54,451 bases of DNA, from the NCBI GenBank assembly GCA_035530235.1, contig DATKVD010000522.1, forward strand, positions 1-54,451, given 5' to 3'. Under the pieces are notes generated by a model. The model saw nothing but the letters and a program-made list of their open reading frames with translations, did no database searches and was not told where the DNA came from. The DNA comes from Planctomycetota bacterium. GTDB lineage: Bacteria; Planctomycetota; DG-23; DATKVD01. Below are positions 35,393-43,751 of this stretch, piece by piece. The position numbers and the translations under genes were made by a program. Position 1 is the stretch's first letter; every line of letters starts with the position of its first letter.

Positions 35393-36961
35393 TCACCCCT
35401 CCGACTGAACCCAACGGGTAATGAGGTTGGCGGCGTCCCCGGGGCTCTCCCTCACCATGCTCTCGACCTTCTGCTCCATTCTTTCCGTCCTGAGGGCGCC
35501 GGCACTTGGACCTTCAATGCCGGAGAGGATCTCCTCATCCGTGTAGACCTGACCCGCTCCGGCCACCACCTCGACGGGCTTCCTGACCATCCGCCACAAC
35601 AGGAAAAGCGCGAAGAACGACAGGACCGCCAGTACGGTTGTCCGTCCGTGCTTCGGCCAGAACTCCGCCGCGAAGCCCGCCGCCACCGGCGCTGCCGGCA
35701 CACTCGGCTTGGGGAACGTCACCGCCTGCACGGTGATCTTGCTCTCGTCGGTGACCAACAGCATGTTGACGATCGACTTCTTGACCCTGTCGAGTTCCAG
35801 CGTGACGTCGGATTCGGTGGGGGCGGCCGCTCCCTCGCCGGCACGACTCTTGATCTGCTCGATAACCTGTTCCCTGGGTACGAACACGGCGACCGACATC
35901 TCCTCAACGTCCCCGGGGGCCTGGACAAGATGGGTAACCTTCTTGTAGATCTCGAGCTTGGTGAACTTGCTCTCCGTGGTCTCGTTCTTGGAGGGTCCTC
36001 CCCCCGTTCCGGCCACGGCCGCCACGCCCGGCGCCGTCTCCACGCCGCCGGCGGTGCCCGCCGTGCTCGTGTTGCTCGACGATTCCTTCCGGCTCTCGAC
36101 CTCCACGACCTTCTCGGGATCCACGTCGACGGTTTCCTCGGTCTTGCGGTCGAAGTTGATCTTGAGTCTGACCATGACCTTGACCGGGTTGTAGTAACAG
36201 AGCATTTCGCCGACCTGTCCGGCCAGACGGCGTTCGTAAGTCATTTCCTGTTCATGCCTTCCGCTGATGAGTCCGGTCGCTTCATCATCGTCGGGGACAC
36301 GGTATTCATGTCCGTGGTTGTCGACGATGCTCACGTCGGCTTTGCCGATGGTCCTGCGTACGCCCGCCACCAGTGCGGCGATACCGTTCACCTGGACATT
36401 GCCGAGCCGGTCGACACCGCTCTGCAGCCATACCTGCACCGCAGCGCTTCCCTTCTCCTCCGCCATGACCAGTCCCATGGCATCGGGGGCGTCGAGTGCC
36501 ACGGCGGCGGCACGGATGTTTTCCATGTGTGAGATGACGTCCCCCAACCAGTCCTGCAGCACGACGAGTCGCTGGGCACGCTTGTCCTCGGACGTCCGGA
36601 ACATCTTGTCTTCCTTCCCGATGTCCGCGAGCCGGATCTTTATCTCCTCGGTGGGGATGATCCCGTGCGTCGCCAGGATGGCCATCGCCTCGTTATACTG
36701 TGACGACATCACCTCCAGTCCCCCGGCGATTTCACGATGTTTGACTTTCGCAGCGTCGAGTGCTGCAAGCACCGCGGTGCGTGCCGACCCCAACGGCTCC
36801 CGCGTCACTCTCAGATACTCGCCCCGGGCACCCCAGTTCGTGAACATCACGAGGGCCCCCACCACCACCGCGATCAGCAGCACGAACGCCATCTTCTGAC
36901 TGAATCCCAGCCTGCCATACAGGTCTCTCACCTGTACGGCCACCTGCGTGAAGAAATTCAT
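35393..36961 (-). CDS. fliF: Flagellar MS-ring protein FliF
   Basis: 522 aa. N-terminal TM, YscJ/FliF ring-building region, second TM (TTVLAVLSFFALFLLW) and a C-terminal FliG-binding tail. Confidence 0.9.
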   Translation of the reverse strand: MNFFTQVAVQVRDLYGRLGFSQKMAFVLLIAVVVGALVMFTNWGARGEYLRVTREPLGSARTAVLAALDAAKVKHREIAGGLEVMSSQYNEAMAILATHGIIPTEEIKIRLADIGKEDKMFRTSEDKRAQRLVVLQDWLGDVISHMENIRAAAVALDAPDAMGLVMAEEKGSAAVQVWLQSGVDRLGNVQVNGIAALVAGVRRTIGKADVSIVDNHGHEYRVPDDDEATGLISGRHEQEMTYERRLAGQVGEMLCYYNPVKVMVRLKINFDRKTEETVDVDPEKVVEVESRKESSSNTSTAGTAGGVETAPGVAAVAGTGGGPSKNETTESKFTKLEIYKKVTHLVQAPGDVEEMSVAVFVPREQVIEQIKSRAGEGAAAPTESDVTLELDRVKKSIVNMLLVTDESKITVQAVTFPKPSVPAAPVAAGFAAEFWPKHGRTTVLAVLSFFALFLLWRMVRKPVEVVAGAGQVYTDEEILSGIEGPSAGALRTERMEQKVESMVRESPGDAANLITRWVQSEG

Positions 36962-36996
36962 AGCCCCCTCTCCCTACGGGTCCGGTCCCGGCCCCT

Positions 36997-37308
36997 TCAG
37001 ATCCGAAGCTGATTGATTTCCCGGTACGCCTCGAACAGCTTGTTCCGAAGCTGCATCAACGTCTTGAATGCCAGGTCCGCCTTCTGCACGGCCACCAGCA
37101 CCTCGGTCACGTTCTCGGTCTTGCGTTCCGCCAAGTTGGACATGGCCGCCTCGGCTTCCCGCTGCAGGCTGTTGACCTCCTCGATCTTCTGGAAGAGCAT
37201 ATCCCTGAACGATCCGTCGCCTCCGGCCGATCCCTGCGTTCTGCCGGCAGGCGACACGCCCATGCCGCCCACACCGCTTACGCCCTGAAGGTTCACGTCA
37301 TCCGGCAT
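36997..37308 (-). CDS. fliE: Flagellar hook-basal body protein FliE
   Basis: 103 aa. C-terminal LMQLRNKLFEAYREINQLRI is the FliE signature. Confidence 0.85.
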   Translation of the reverse strand: MPDDVNLQGVSGVGGMGVSPAGRTQGSAGGDGSFRDMLFQKIEEVNSLQREAEAAMSNLAERKTENVTEVLVAVQKADLAFKTLMQLRNKLFEAYREINQLRI

Positions 37309-37348
37309 CTCTCACTCCCTTTCAAGCTGCTTGTGTCAGGTCCGTCCT

Positions 37349-37756
37349 TCACCCGATCAGTCGCAGTGCCTGCGACATCATCTGCTTCGAGGCCTCGAAC
37401 GCCGCGACGTTCGCTTCATACGCACGCATCGCGATGACCGCCGTCACCACCTCACGGTTGAGGTCCACATTCGGAAACAGGACGTTCCCGTTCGCGTCCG
37501 CATCCGGGTGTCCCGGCGCCGGCACCATCCGGAAGGGCGAAAGGTCCTCAAGGATCCCGGCGACGTGCACGCCGGTCCCCTCGTCACCTCCGTTGCCGTC
37601 TCCTGAAGCCAGCACCACTTCGCGTCGGCGGTAGGGGACGGACTCTCCTCTCGCGTTGCGCGTCGTCTCGATGTTCGCGATGTTGGACGCAACGACTTCC
37701 ATCCGTGCGCGAATGGCCGTCAGGGCCGAACTGCTGATATCCATGGCTCCGAACAT
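37349..37756 (-). CDS. flgC: Flagellar proximal rod protein FlgC
   Basis: 135 aa. RMEVVASNIANIETTR N-terminal motif and a conserved C-terminal helix. Confidence 0.92.
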   Translation of the reverse strand: MFGAMDISSSALTAIRARMEVVASNIANIETTRNARGESVPYRRREVVLASGDGNGGDEGTGVHVAGILEDLSPFRMVPAPGHPDADANGNVLFPNVDLNREVVTAVIAMRAYEANVAAFEASKQMMSQALRLIG

Positions 37757-37767
37757 CGACCCCCTCC

Positions 37768-38136
37768 TTACACGATGCGCTCACGCAGCGCCGACTCGAG
37801 CATCCGGAACTGCTTGCTCAGCAGCGATATCAGGACGTTGTGCATGATGGCATTACCGCTCAGTTTGCTCATCTCGCTTTCGATGCTGACGTTATTGCCG
37901 TCATCGCGCGGCGGGCCCGCATCCGGACTGTCAATGACGCTCATGCCCTCACTTCCCGCCCGGCCCGTTCGTTCCAGCGTCTCGATGAACTTGCGCTCAG
38001 AGAGGTCCTTCGCCCTGAAGCCCGGCGTCGTGACGTTGGCGATGTTGTTGGCGATCAACTCGTGTCGTCGGGCCGTGAACGCGATTCCCGCCTGGAGCTT
38101 CTGGAGCGTCGCATTGGCGACGATGCCTTCAAGCAT
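37768..38136 (-). CDS. flgB: Flagellar proximal rod protein FlgB
   Basis: 122 aa. RHELIANNIANVTTPGFRAKD motif. GGGGGAGGTG RBS. First gene after the sigma-54 promoter. Confidence 0.9.
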   Translation of the reverse strand: MLEGIVANATLQKLQAGIAFTARRHELIANNIANVTTPGFRAKDLSERKFIETLERTGRAGSEGMSVIDSPDAGPPRDDGNNVSIESEMSKLSGNAIMHNVLISLLSKQFRMLESALRERIV

Positions 38137-38181
38137 TCACGCACCTCCCCCGTGAGGCCACCAAGCCGTACGAGTCAGCTA

Positions 38182-38197
38182 TGCAAAAACCGTGCCA
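38182..38197 (-). promoter_or_regulatory. Sigma-54 (RpoN) promoter of the flgB operon
   Basis: The minus strand reads TGGCACGGTTTTTGCA, which fits the TGGCACG-N4-TTGCW consensus (GG at -24, GC at -12). It ends 46 nt upstream of the flgB ATG and 128 nt downstream of the stop of a sigma-54 activator gene. Confidence 0.75.
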
Positions 38198-38324
38198 TTC
38201 GGGCAAAATCGCCCGAAAACCTTCGTCAAAGACGGGAGATGTGTCATAACCCATTGTTATCACAGCCTTTGCGACCCCAGGATTCCGGCCGTCGCCCCCG
38301 GTGGCGACCGAGGACATCCCTATC

Positions 38325-39719
38325 TCACGCGTCGTCGGCACCCAAACCTGCGGTGACCCGGCAATTCTTGCTGGTTCTCAGACCCCACTTCTTGATCTTC
38401 ATCGTCAGCGTCCGCACCCCGATGCCCAGGGCCTTCGCCGTCCGTGCCCGGTGTCCACCGAACTGCTCGAGCGCCCTCGCGATGAGAATCCGCTCCACCT
38501 CCTCCAGCGGCATTCCCACACGGATTTCATCCACCCCGGCCCTCAGCGGCTCGTCCAGCCAGGGCTGCAGTTCTTCCGCCGTGATGGGCTTCTCCAGGTC
38601 CAGGACGCTCGCCCGCTCGACCAGGTTTTCCAGCTCCCGTACGTTTCCGGGCCATGGGTACTGCTCGAGCAGCACCGCCGCCTCGGAACTGATGCTCCTC
38701 GGGGCCCGTCCGTCGCACGCCGCTCGACGCTTGAGGAAATACTCCGCCAGCGGCAGGACGTCCTCCTTCCGTTCCCTCAGAGGCGGGATCAAGAGCGGGA
38801 CGACGTTCAGTCGGTAGTACAGGTCCTCCCTGAAGGTCCCCTTCTGCACGCACGCCTTGAGGTCGCGGTTCGTGGTGGCCAGGACCCGGACGTCGACGCG
38901 CCGGGAGACGCTGCTGCCCACCCTCTCGAACGCTTTCTCCTGCAGCACGCGCAGCAGCTTCGCCTGCAGCCCGAGATCGATCTCCGAGATTTCATCGAGC
39001 AGGATGGACCCGCCGTCGGCCAGTTCGAAGCGTCCTTTCCGCTGCCGGTCCGCCCCCGTGAACGCCCCCTTCTCGTGTCCGAAAAGTTCACTCTCCAGCA
39101 CGCCCGCACTGAGCGCCGCGCAGTTGACACAGAGGAACGCCCCGTTGCTGCGCGGTCCGGCGTAGTGCACCGCCTTCGCGACGACCTCCTTGCCGACCCC
39201 GCTTTCGCCATGGATGAGCACCGTTGCGGACGACAGGGCGAGCTTGCGGATCTGGCCGTGGAGTTCTCTCAAGGTGCGGCTGAGTCCGATCATCTCGCGC
39301 ACGCGCTCCCGCTCGTCCACCTGTGCACGCAGCGACTCGTTCTCCATGAGCAGACGGTGGTGACCGACCGCCTTCTGGACGAGCACCTCGATCTGCCCCG
39401 CCTGGAACGGCTTGGCGATGTAATCGAACGCCCCCTTCTTCATCGCCTCGACGGCCGTCTCGATGGTCCCGTGACCCGTGATGACGATCACCGGCGTGTC
39501 GGGACCCGCTTCGAGAATTCGGGAGAGCACGGTCATGCCGCTGATGTCGGGCATCTTGAGGTCACTGATGACGGCGGCGAAGGACTCGGCCTCGAACCGC
39601 TCAAGTCCTTCGGACCCGCTACCCGCGGCTTCCACCTCCCACCCGGCGCGACTGAGTGTTTCACGAAGGGATTCCCGCATCAGCTCCTGGTCGTCGATCA
39701 CCAGAATCCGGTCACTCAT
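38325..39719 (-). CDS. Sigma-54-dependent response regulator (NtrC family; FlgR/FlrC/FleR-like by context)
   Basis: 464 aa. REC domain (ILVIDDQ..., acceptor region ISDLKMPD). AAA+ domain with Walker A GESGVGKE and the GAFTGA sigma-54 contact loop. C-terminal Fis-type HTH (TAKALGIGVRTLTMKIKKWGL). Confidence 0.92.
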   Translation of the reverse strand: MSDRILVIDDQELMRESLRETLSRAGWEVEAAGSGSEGLERFEAESFAAVISDLKMPDISGMTVLSRILEAGPDTPVIVITGHGTIETAVEAMKKGAFDYIAKPFQAGQIEVLVQKAVGHHRLLMENESLRAQVDERERVREMIGLSRTLRELHGQIRKLALSSATVLIHGESGVGKEVVAKAVHYAGPRSNGAFLCVNCAALSAGVLESELFGHEKGAFTGADRQRKGRFELADGGSILLDEISEIDLGLQAKLLRVLQEKAFERVGSSVSRRVDVRVLATTNRDLKACVQKGTFREDLYYRLNVVPLLIPPLRERKEDVLPLAEYFLKRRAACDGRAPRSISSEAAVLLEQYPWPGNVRELENLVERASVLDLEKPITAEELQPWLDEPLRAGVDEIRVGMPLEEVERILIARALEQFGGHRARTAKALGIGVRTLTMKIKKWGLRTSKNCRVTAGLGADDA

Positions 39720-40609
39720 TCCTCGTTCACCCCAATCTGCCCGAGTCCACCCTGGGTCACGGGATCCGGTTGAAGCGGCAGCGTGATGCGGAAGGACGCT
39801 CCGCCCCCGTCACGGTTCTCCGCCGTCACACGTCCCCCGTGACTCTCCACGATCTTCTGCACGATCGCCAGTCCCAGTCCCGTGCCGCCTTCCTTGTTGG
39901 TCACGTACGGCTCAAACAGTCGTGTCTCCATGTCCGGTGCAATGCCGGGGCCGGTGTCCGTCACCTCCATCCAGCACGATTCCGCCTGGGTGCCTTGTCC
40001 GGCACCGGTCCGCACGAACAGGTCCCCCTCGCGCCCCATCGCCTGGACGGCGTTGCGCACGAGGTTGAGCACGGCGCGTCTCAACAGCCCTTCGTCCGCC
40101 TCGAGTTCGACGTCGGGGTCCGCAAACTCCCGTTGCACCCGGATTTCCGTCCGTCCGATATCACCCACGGCGTCCATGAGCGCCTGCGCGACGACGGAGG
40201 CGAGACAGCACCGTCCCGGCGCCGGTTCGAACCCTCGCGTGAAGGAGAGCAGGTCGCCGACGATCGCATCCAGGGATTGCACGCCGCTGAGGATGGAACG
40301 AACGAGTCGGAGTGACCCGGGACATTCGGCGAGCTCCCGCTCCAGGAGTCCCGCGTACAACACGATGCCGCCCAAGGGGTTGCGTATTTCGTGCGCCACC
40401 CCCGCCGCCATCTCACCCAGGATTTCCAGGCGTCTCTTCCGCTCGAGCAGCTTGTTCTTCTGCACCAGCTCCGCCGACAGTCGCGCGACTTCCGCCATCA
40501 GACGATCGTGCGACACCTCCAGCCGTTCCGTGGCCTCACTGTAGACCTGAAGCACCGCCGAAAGGTCATCCCTGCTGTCCACGACCGACGACTTCGTCAT
40601 CCCTCTCAC
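39716..40609 (-). CDS. Cytoplasmic, sensor-less histidine kinase (FlgS/FlrB-like by context)
   Basis: 297 aa with no TM segment. Short coiled coil, then H-box AHEIRNPL, N-box LVRNAVQAM, G1 DTGPGI, G2 GGTGLGL. 4-nt overlap with the response-regulator start. Confidence 0.85.
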   Translation of the reverse strand: MRGMTKSSVVDSRDDLSAVLQVYSEATERLEVSHDRLMAEVARLSAELVQKNKLLERKRRLEILGEMAAGVAHEIRNPLGGIVLYAGLLERELAECPGSLRLVRSILSGVQSLDAIVGDLLSFTRGFEPAPGRCCLASVVAQALMDAVGDIGRTEIRVQREFADPDVELEADEGLLRRAVLNLVRNAVQAMGREGDLFVRTGAGQGTQAESCWMEVTDTGPGIAPDMETRLFEPYVTNKEGGTGLGLAIVQKIVESHGGRVTAENRDGGGASFRITLPLQPDPVTQGGLGQIGVNEE

Positions 40610-40630
40610 TCCGTCAGACGCCGCACACCC

Positions 40631-41095
40631 TCAGCCGGTGTTGTCGATCACACCCGTCTTCGCCGGACGTGTCTGTCCGGCGGCGTAGGCGTGATGTGCC
40701 TGTCTGCTTCGTCCGATCTCCCTGATCTTCGCGGCCACCTGCTCCTGTCGCTGCTGCAGCTTCGTCCTCCCCTCTTCCTCGAGTTCGAGCAATTCGGCGA
40801 GAACGGCCTGCATGTTTCGGACGACCTGTTCGATCTGCGTGCGCACTTCACCGGGAAGCGACTCGCGGACCCGGCTCCACTCCTCCTTGAAGGGCCGCAG
40901 TTCCCGCTCGAGGCCCTCCAGTTCGTTGATGAGGACCTGCTTGCGACCGAGTATCTCGAGCAGCTCTTCGGGACCGGCTTCCCGGTCGATGACGGTCATC
41001 TGCCCACGCGACAGGTCGCGAAGTCCGGTGTAGATCTCCAGCTCACACTGGAACTTGTCGATGATCCCTTTCATCTCTTCAGAGGTGAGCGTCAT
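40631..41095 (-). CDS. FlgN-like flagellar export chaperone (tentative)
   Basis: ORF is open to 41254. ATG 41095 has a GGGGGA RBS and lies downstream of the TPR gene stop at 41146. 154 aa, all-helical. ELEIYTGLRDLSRGQMTVI...EELLEILGRKQVLINELEGLE resembles the FlgN family pattern (from memory). Confidence 0.5.
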   Translation of the reverse strand: MTLTSEEMKGIIDKFQCELEIYTGLRDLSRGQMTVIDREAGPEELLEILGRKQVLINELEGLERELRPFKEEWSRVRESLPGEVRTQIEQVVRNMQAVLAELLELEEEGRTKLQQRQEQVAAKIREIGRSRQAHHAYAAGQTRPAKTGVIDNTG

Positions 41096-41145
41096 GTTTC
41101 CCCCATCCTGTGCTGTGGCGAGCGGCGCCTCTGTTCCTGCCGGCC

Positions 41146-43509
41146 TCACGGCTCGAGGTCCGACGCGTCCCACACCACCGTTGCGTTGCACGAGTCCTCC
41201 AGGTACGCCGTCACCTCGCTGCCCTGCTCCCTCTTCAGACGATCGAGTCCCCATCTGGCGCGGTCTGCCGCTTCGCGCGCCCGAGCGGTTTCCCCCAGCT
41301 GATGCAGGGAGACGGCGACGCCAAAAAGCGCCTGAACGCCTTCAGCACTGTCCAGGTCCTTCTCCGCGGCGGATTCGTACAGACCCAGTGCCACGGCATA
41401 CTCACCCAACTCGTACCGGCAATCGGCCTCCGCGAGTCGGCTCTTGCGCGTGAGCTGCTCCTCCAACGCCCCCGAAGCGGCGGCGCGGTCGGCCTGTCTG
41501 TTGACCTCGGCGAAATGTCCCGCCGCCCGCAACAGCTCCGCCCGTCTCGCCCCCGGCTCCACCGACCCGATGTTCCTGTACGCGTCCGCCAGGTAGTAGG
41601 TGACCACCGTGCGGCTGAAGCGCGACGCCTCGACGACACCCTCACGTCCCAGCGCTTCGTCCAGCTTCTCCGCCGCATCCCTGTATTTCCCCCGGCAATA
41701 CAGGACGTACCCCAGCTCCGTCAGGGCACGTCGCCACAGCTTGCCGGTCGGGCTGAAGACATCGCCGTGGTACACGATCTCCGACAGCGACCGCTCCGCG
41801 TTGTCCAGGTCTCCCAGGGCGATGTAGCTCTCCGTCCGGGCAAACCTGGCCTCATACACACTCGGCAGACTGCTCTCATACTTCGTCGCACACTCTTCGA
41901 GCTTCTTCACCGCTTCCTCGTGACGGCCGAGGGCCTGCAGCGTCCTTGCGTGCTTCACGTGCAGGCCCTGCACGTCCTCACGGTCCCCCATGGATTTCAG
42001 CAGGAGTTCGTAGTAGACGATGGCCTTGGGATAGTCCCCGGCCTCGTAGAGGGAGTCGGCGGCGTGCTGAAGTGCCAGACCATAGAGCTTCACATCACTC
42101 TCAACCCCGTTGACGATCCGGACCAGGAGATCCGCGGCACGACGGTAGTTGCGTCGGGCCTCCCCGGTCGTCTCCGCCGCCTCCACGGTGAGTCCCTGTC
42201 CGCGAAGCGCGTCGGATTCCTCAGCAAGTCTCTGCGCCCAGTGTCGGTACACCACCGCCTGCTGATAGAGGTACACGTCGTCGCCGGCGACCTTCCTCGT
42301 GTCACGGTTCAGACGCTCCAGTTCCCCATATTCTCCCTCGGACAGGAAATGTCTCAGCACGGCTTCCCAGGTTGACCTGATCTCGACATCCGACACGTAC
42401 CTGTTGGCGAGGCGTCCGTCCGCCGGCACCTCCGCCAACACACGGCCAAGCGCCTCCCGGGCCCCGTCGAATTGCTTCTGCCTCACCAGAATGCCGGCGA
42501 GCCTCAGGCCCGCCGCCACGCCCTCCTCCGTCCCCCCATACGTCACGGCGACCTTTGCCAGTTGCTCCGCCGCCGCCGCGTATTCCTTCTTCTCCTGCAG
42601 ACACTCCCCGATGTAGAAACTCGCCTGCCGGTCAAGATCCGCCTGCAGCACCGGCACACGCAAGGCACTCTCGAATTCCCGCTGGGCTTCATCCAGCAGT
42701 GCGGGATCTCCCTTCGCCCTTCCCATCACCGTCATAGCCAGACCGAAATGCGCGTCCTTGATACGTCGACTTCGCGGGAACGCGCTCATCACGTGACGGT
42801 AGCTCTGCTCGGCCTCCTCCAGGCGATCGTTCAGGCGATACCCCTCGGCGGCTTCCAGATGGCCGTCCACTTTCTCGCTGTCCGACGCCTGTGCACGACC
42901 CAGGTATTCACCGATCGTCTTCTGTCCCTCGGCAAGCTGCCCCACCCGGAAGAGGGCCCTGGCCTTCAGGAGCAGCAGGTCCCCGTTCCCCCGGGTCAAC
43001 TGCTCGTCCCTCCCCTCCAGGACTGCAAGCACTTCCCGGTAGTCACCCAGCCCCATGTAGCTGCGCGCCAGCACCCACAGGCCGGTCCACGCCTCGTTGT
43101 CGTCGAGTTCCGACGCCAGCGCATGCCTCGCGAACCCGGCGGCTCGCCCGTAGTGAAGCTCTCGGCGCTCCTCGTCCGCATCGGCAAGTCTCAGCGCCGA
43201 CCGTCCTGCGTACAGCTCGACCTCGCCACGTCTCCGGTGTCCCGGATAAACCTGCGCGAACCCAACCGCCTTCCGCACAACGAGATCATCCTGTCCCAGC
43301 CCGAACGCCTCAGCCACGGTCTTTGCCGCCGTCTCCGGGTCTTCGCGCTTCGCGACTTCCCTCCGGCCGGCCAGCCACAGAAACACTGCCCACGCCAACA
43401 CTGCGACGACGAAGAGAGGCATCTGCCACCGCATGCCCCACGCGCCCCACAGCTCGCGCGAGCCACGATCGGCGACCCCCGATCCCCCCTCGATCACTTG
43501 CTCGCTCAT
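41146..43509 (-). CDS. Membrane-anchored TPR-repeat protein
   Basis: 787 aa. One N-terminal TM (MPLFVVAVLAWAVFLWLAG), then helical TPR-like repeats throughout. Starts 8 nt after the MerR-like gene stop. Confidence 0.7.
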   Translation of the reverse strand: MSEQVIEGGSGVADRGSRELWGAWGMRWQMPLFVVAVLAWAVFLWLAGRREVAKREDPETAAKTVAEAFGLGQDDLVVRKAVGFAQVYPGHRRRGEVELYAGRSALRLADADEERRELHYGRAAGFARHALASELDDNEAWTGLWVLARSYMGLGDYREVLAVLEGRDEQLTRGNGDLLLLKARALFRVGQLAEGQKTIGEYLGRAQASDSEKVDGHLEAAEGYRLNDRLEEAEQSYRHVMSAFPRSRRIKDAHFGLAMTVMGRAKGDPALLDEAQREFESALRVPVLQADLDRQASFYIGECLQEKKEYAAAAEQLAKVAVTYGGTEEGVAAGLRLAGILVRQKQFDGAREALGRVLAEVPADGRLANRYVSDVEIRSTWEAVLRHFLSEGEYGELERLNRDTRKVAGDDVYLYQQAVVYRHWAQRLAEESDALRGQGLTVEAAETTGEARRNYRRAADLLVRIVNGVESDVKLYGLALQHAADSLYEAGDYPKAIVYYELLLKSMGDREDVQGLHVKHARTLQALGRHEEAVKKLEECATKYESSLPSVYEARFARTESYIALGDLDNAERSLSEIVYHGDVFSPTGKLWRRALTELGYVLYCRGKYRDAAEKLDEALGREGVVEASRFSRTVVTYYLADAYRNIGSVEPGARRAELLRAAGHFAEVNRQADRAAASGALEEQLTRKSRLAEADCRYELGEYAVALGLYESAAEKDLDSAEGVQALFGVAVSLHQLGETARAREAADRARWGLDRLKREQGSEVTAYLEDSCNATVVWDASDLEP

Positions 43510-43517
43510 CCTCTACC

Positions 43518-43751
43518 TCACGGCTCCTCGTCCTTCACGATCTCCCGGATCTCACGCAGCGTGTGATCCCCCTTCAGTTCAGCGATCCGCCGCAGCCGCT
43601 CGAACACCCCCTCCCCGTAGAGGCGATACCCCGCAGGTGTCCTTTCTTCTTCCGTGATGAGACCGAACACCGTGTAGTTGTGCAGCGTTTGGCGGGACAG
43701 ACCGCTGAACTGGATGACTTCGCCTATGGTATACAGGCGTCCCCTGGCCAT
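43518..43751 (-). CDS. Minimal MerR/excisionase-type HTH DNA-binding protein
   Basis: 77 aa. YTIGEVIQFSGLSRQTLHNYTVFGLI...GYRLY is a MerR-type winged HTH. No dimerisation helix or effector domain follows. GAGGGGG RBS. Confidence 0.7.
   Translation of the reverse strand: MARGRLYTIGEVIQFSGLSRQTLHNYTVFGLITEEERTPAGYRLYGEGVFERLRRIAELKGDHTLREIREIVKDEEP

Noticed and set aside
33767-36532. 921-aa + strand ORF across fliH/fliG/fliF. Also 18135-20111 (+) over flhA, 20273-21283 and 21359-22360 (+) over flhB/fliR, 25631-26719 (+) over motA, and 27450-28472 (+) over flgE.
   Set aside because: Same GC artefact. The minus-strand genes carry unmistakable flagellar motifs and show operon-style start/stop coupling. 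The + strand ORFs have no RBS logic and degenerate composition.
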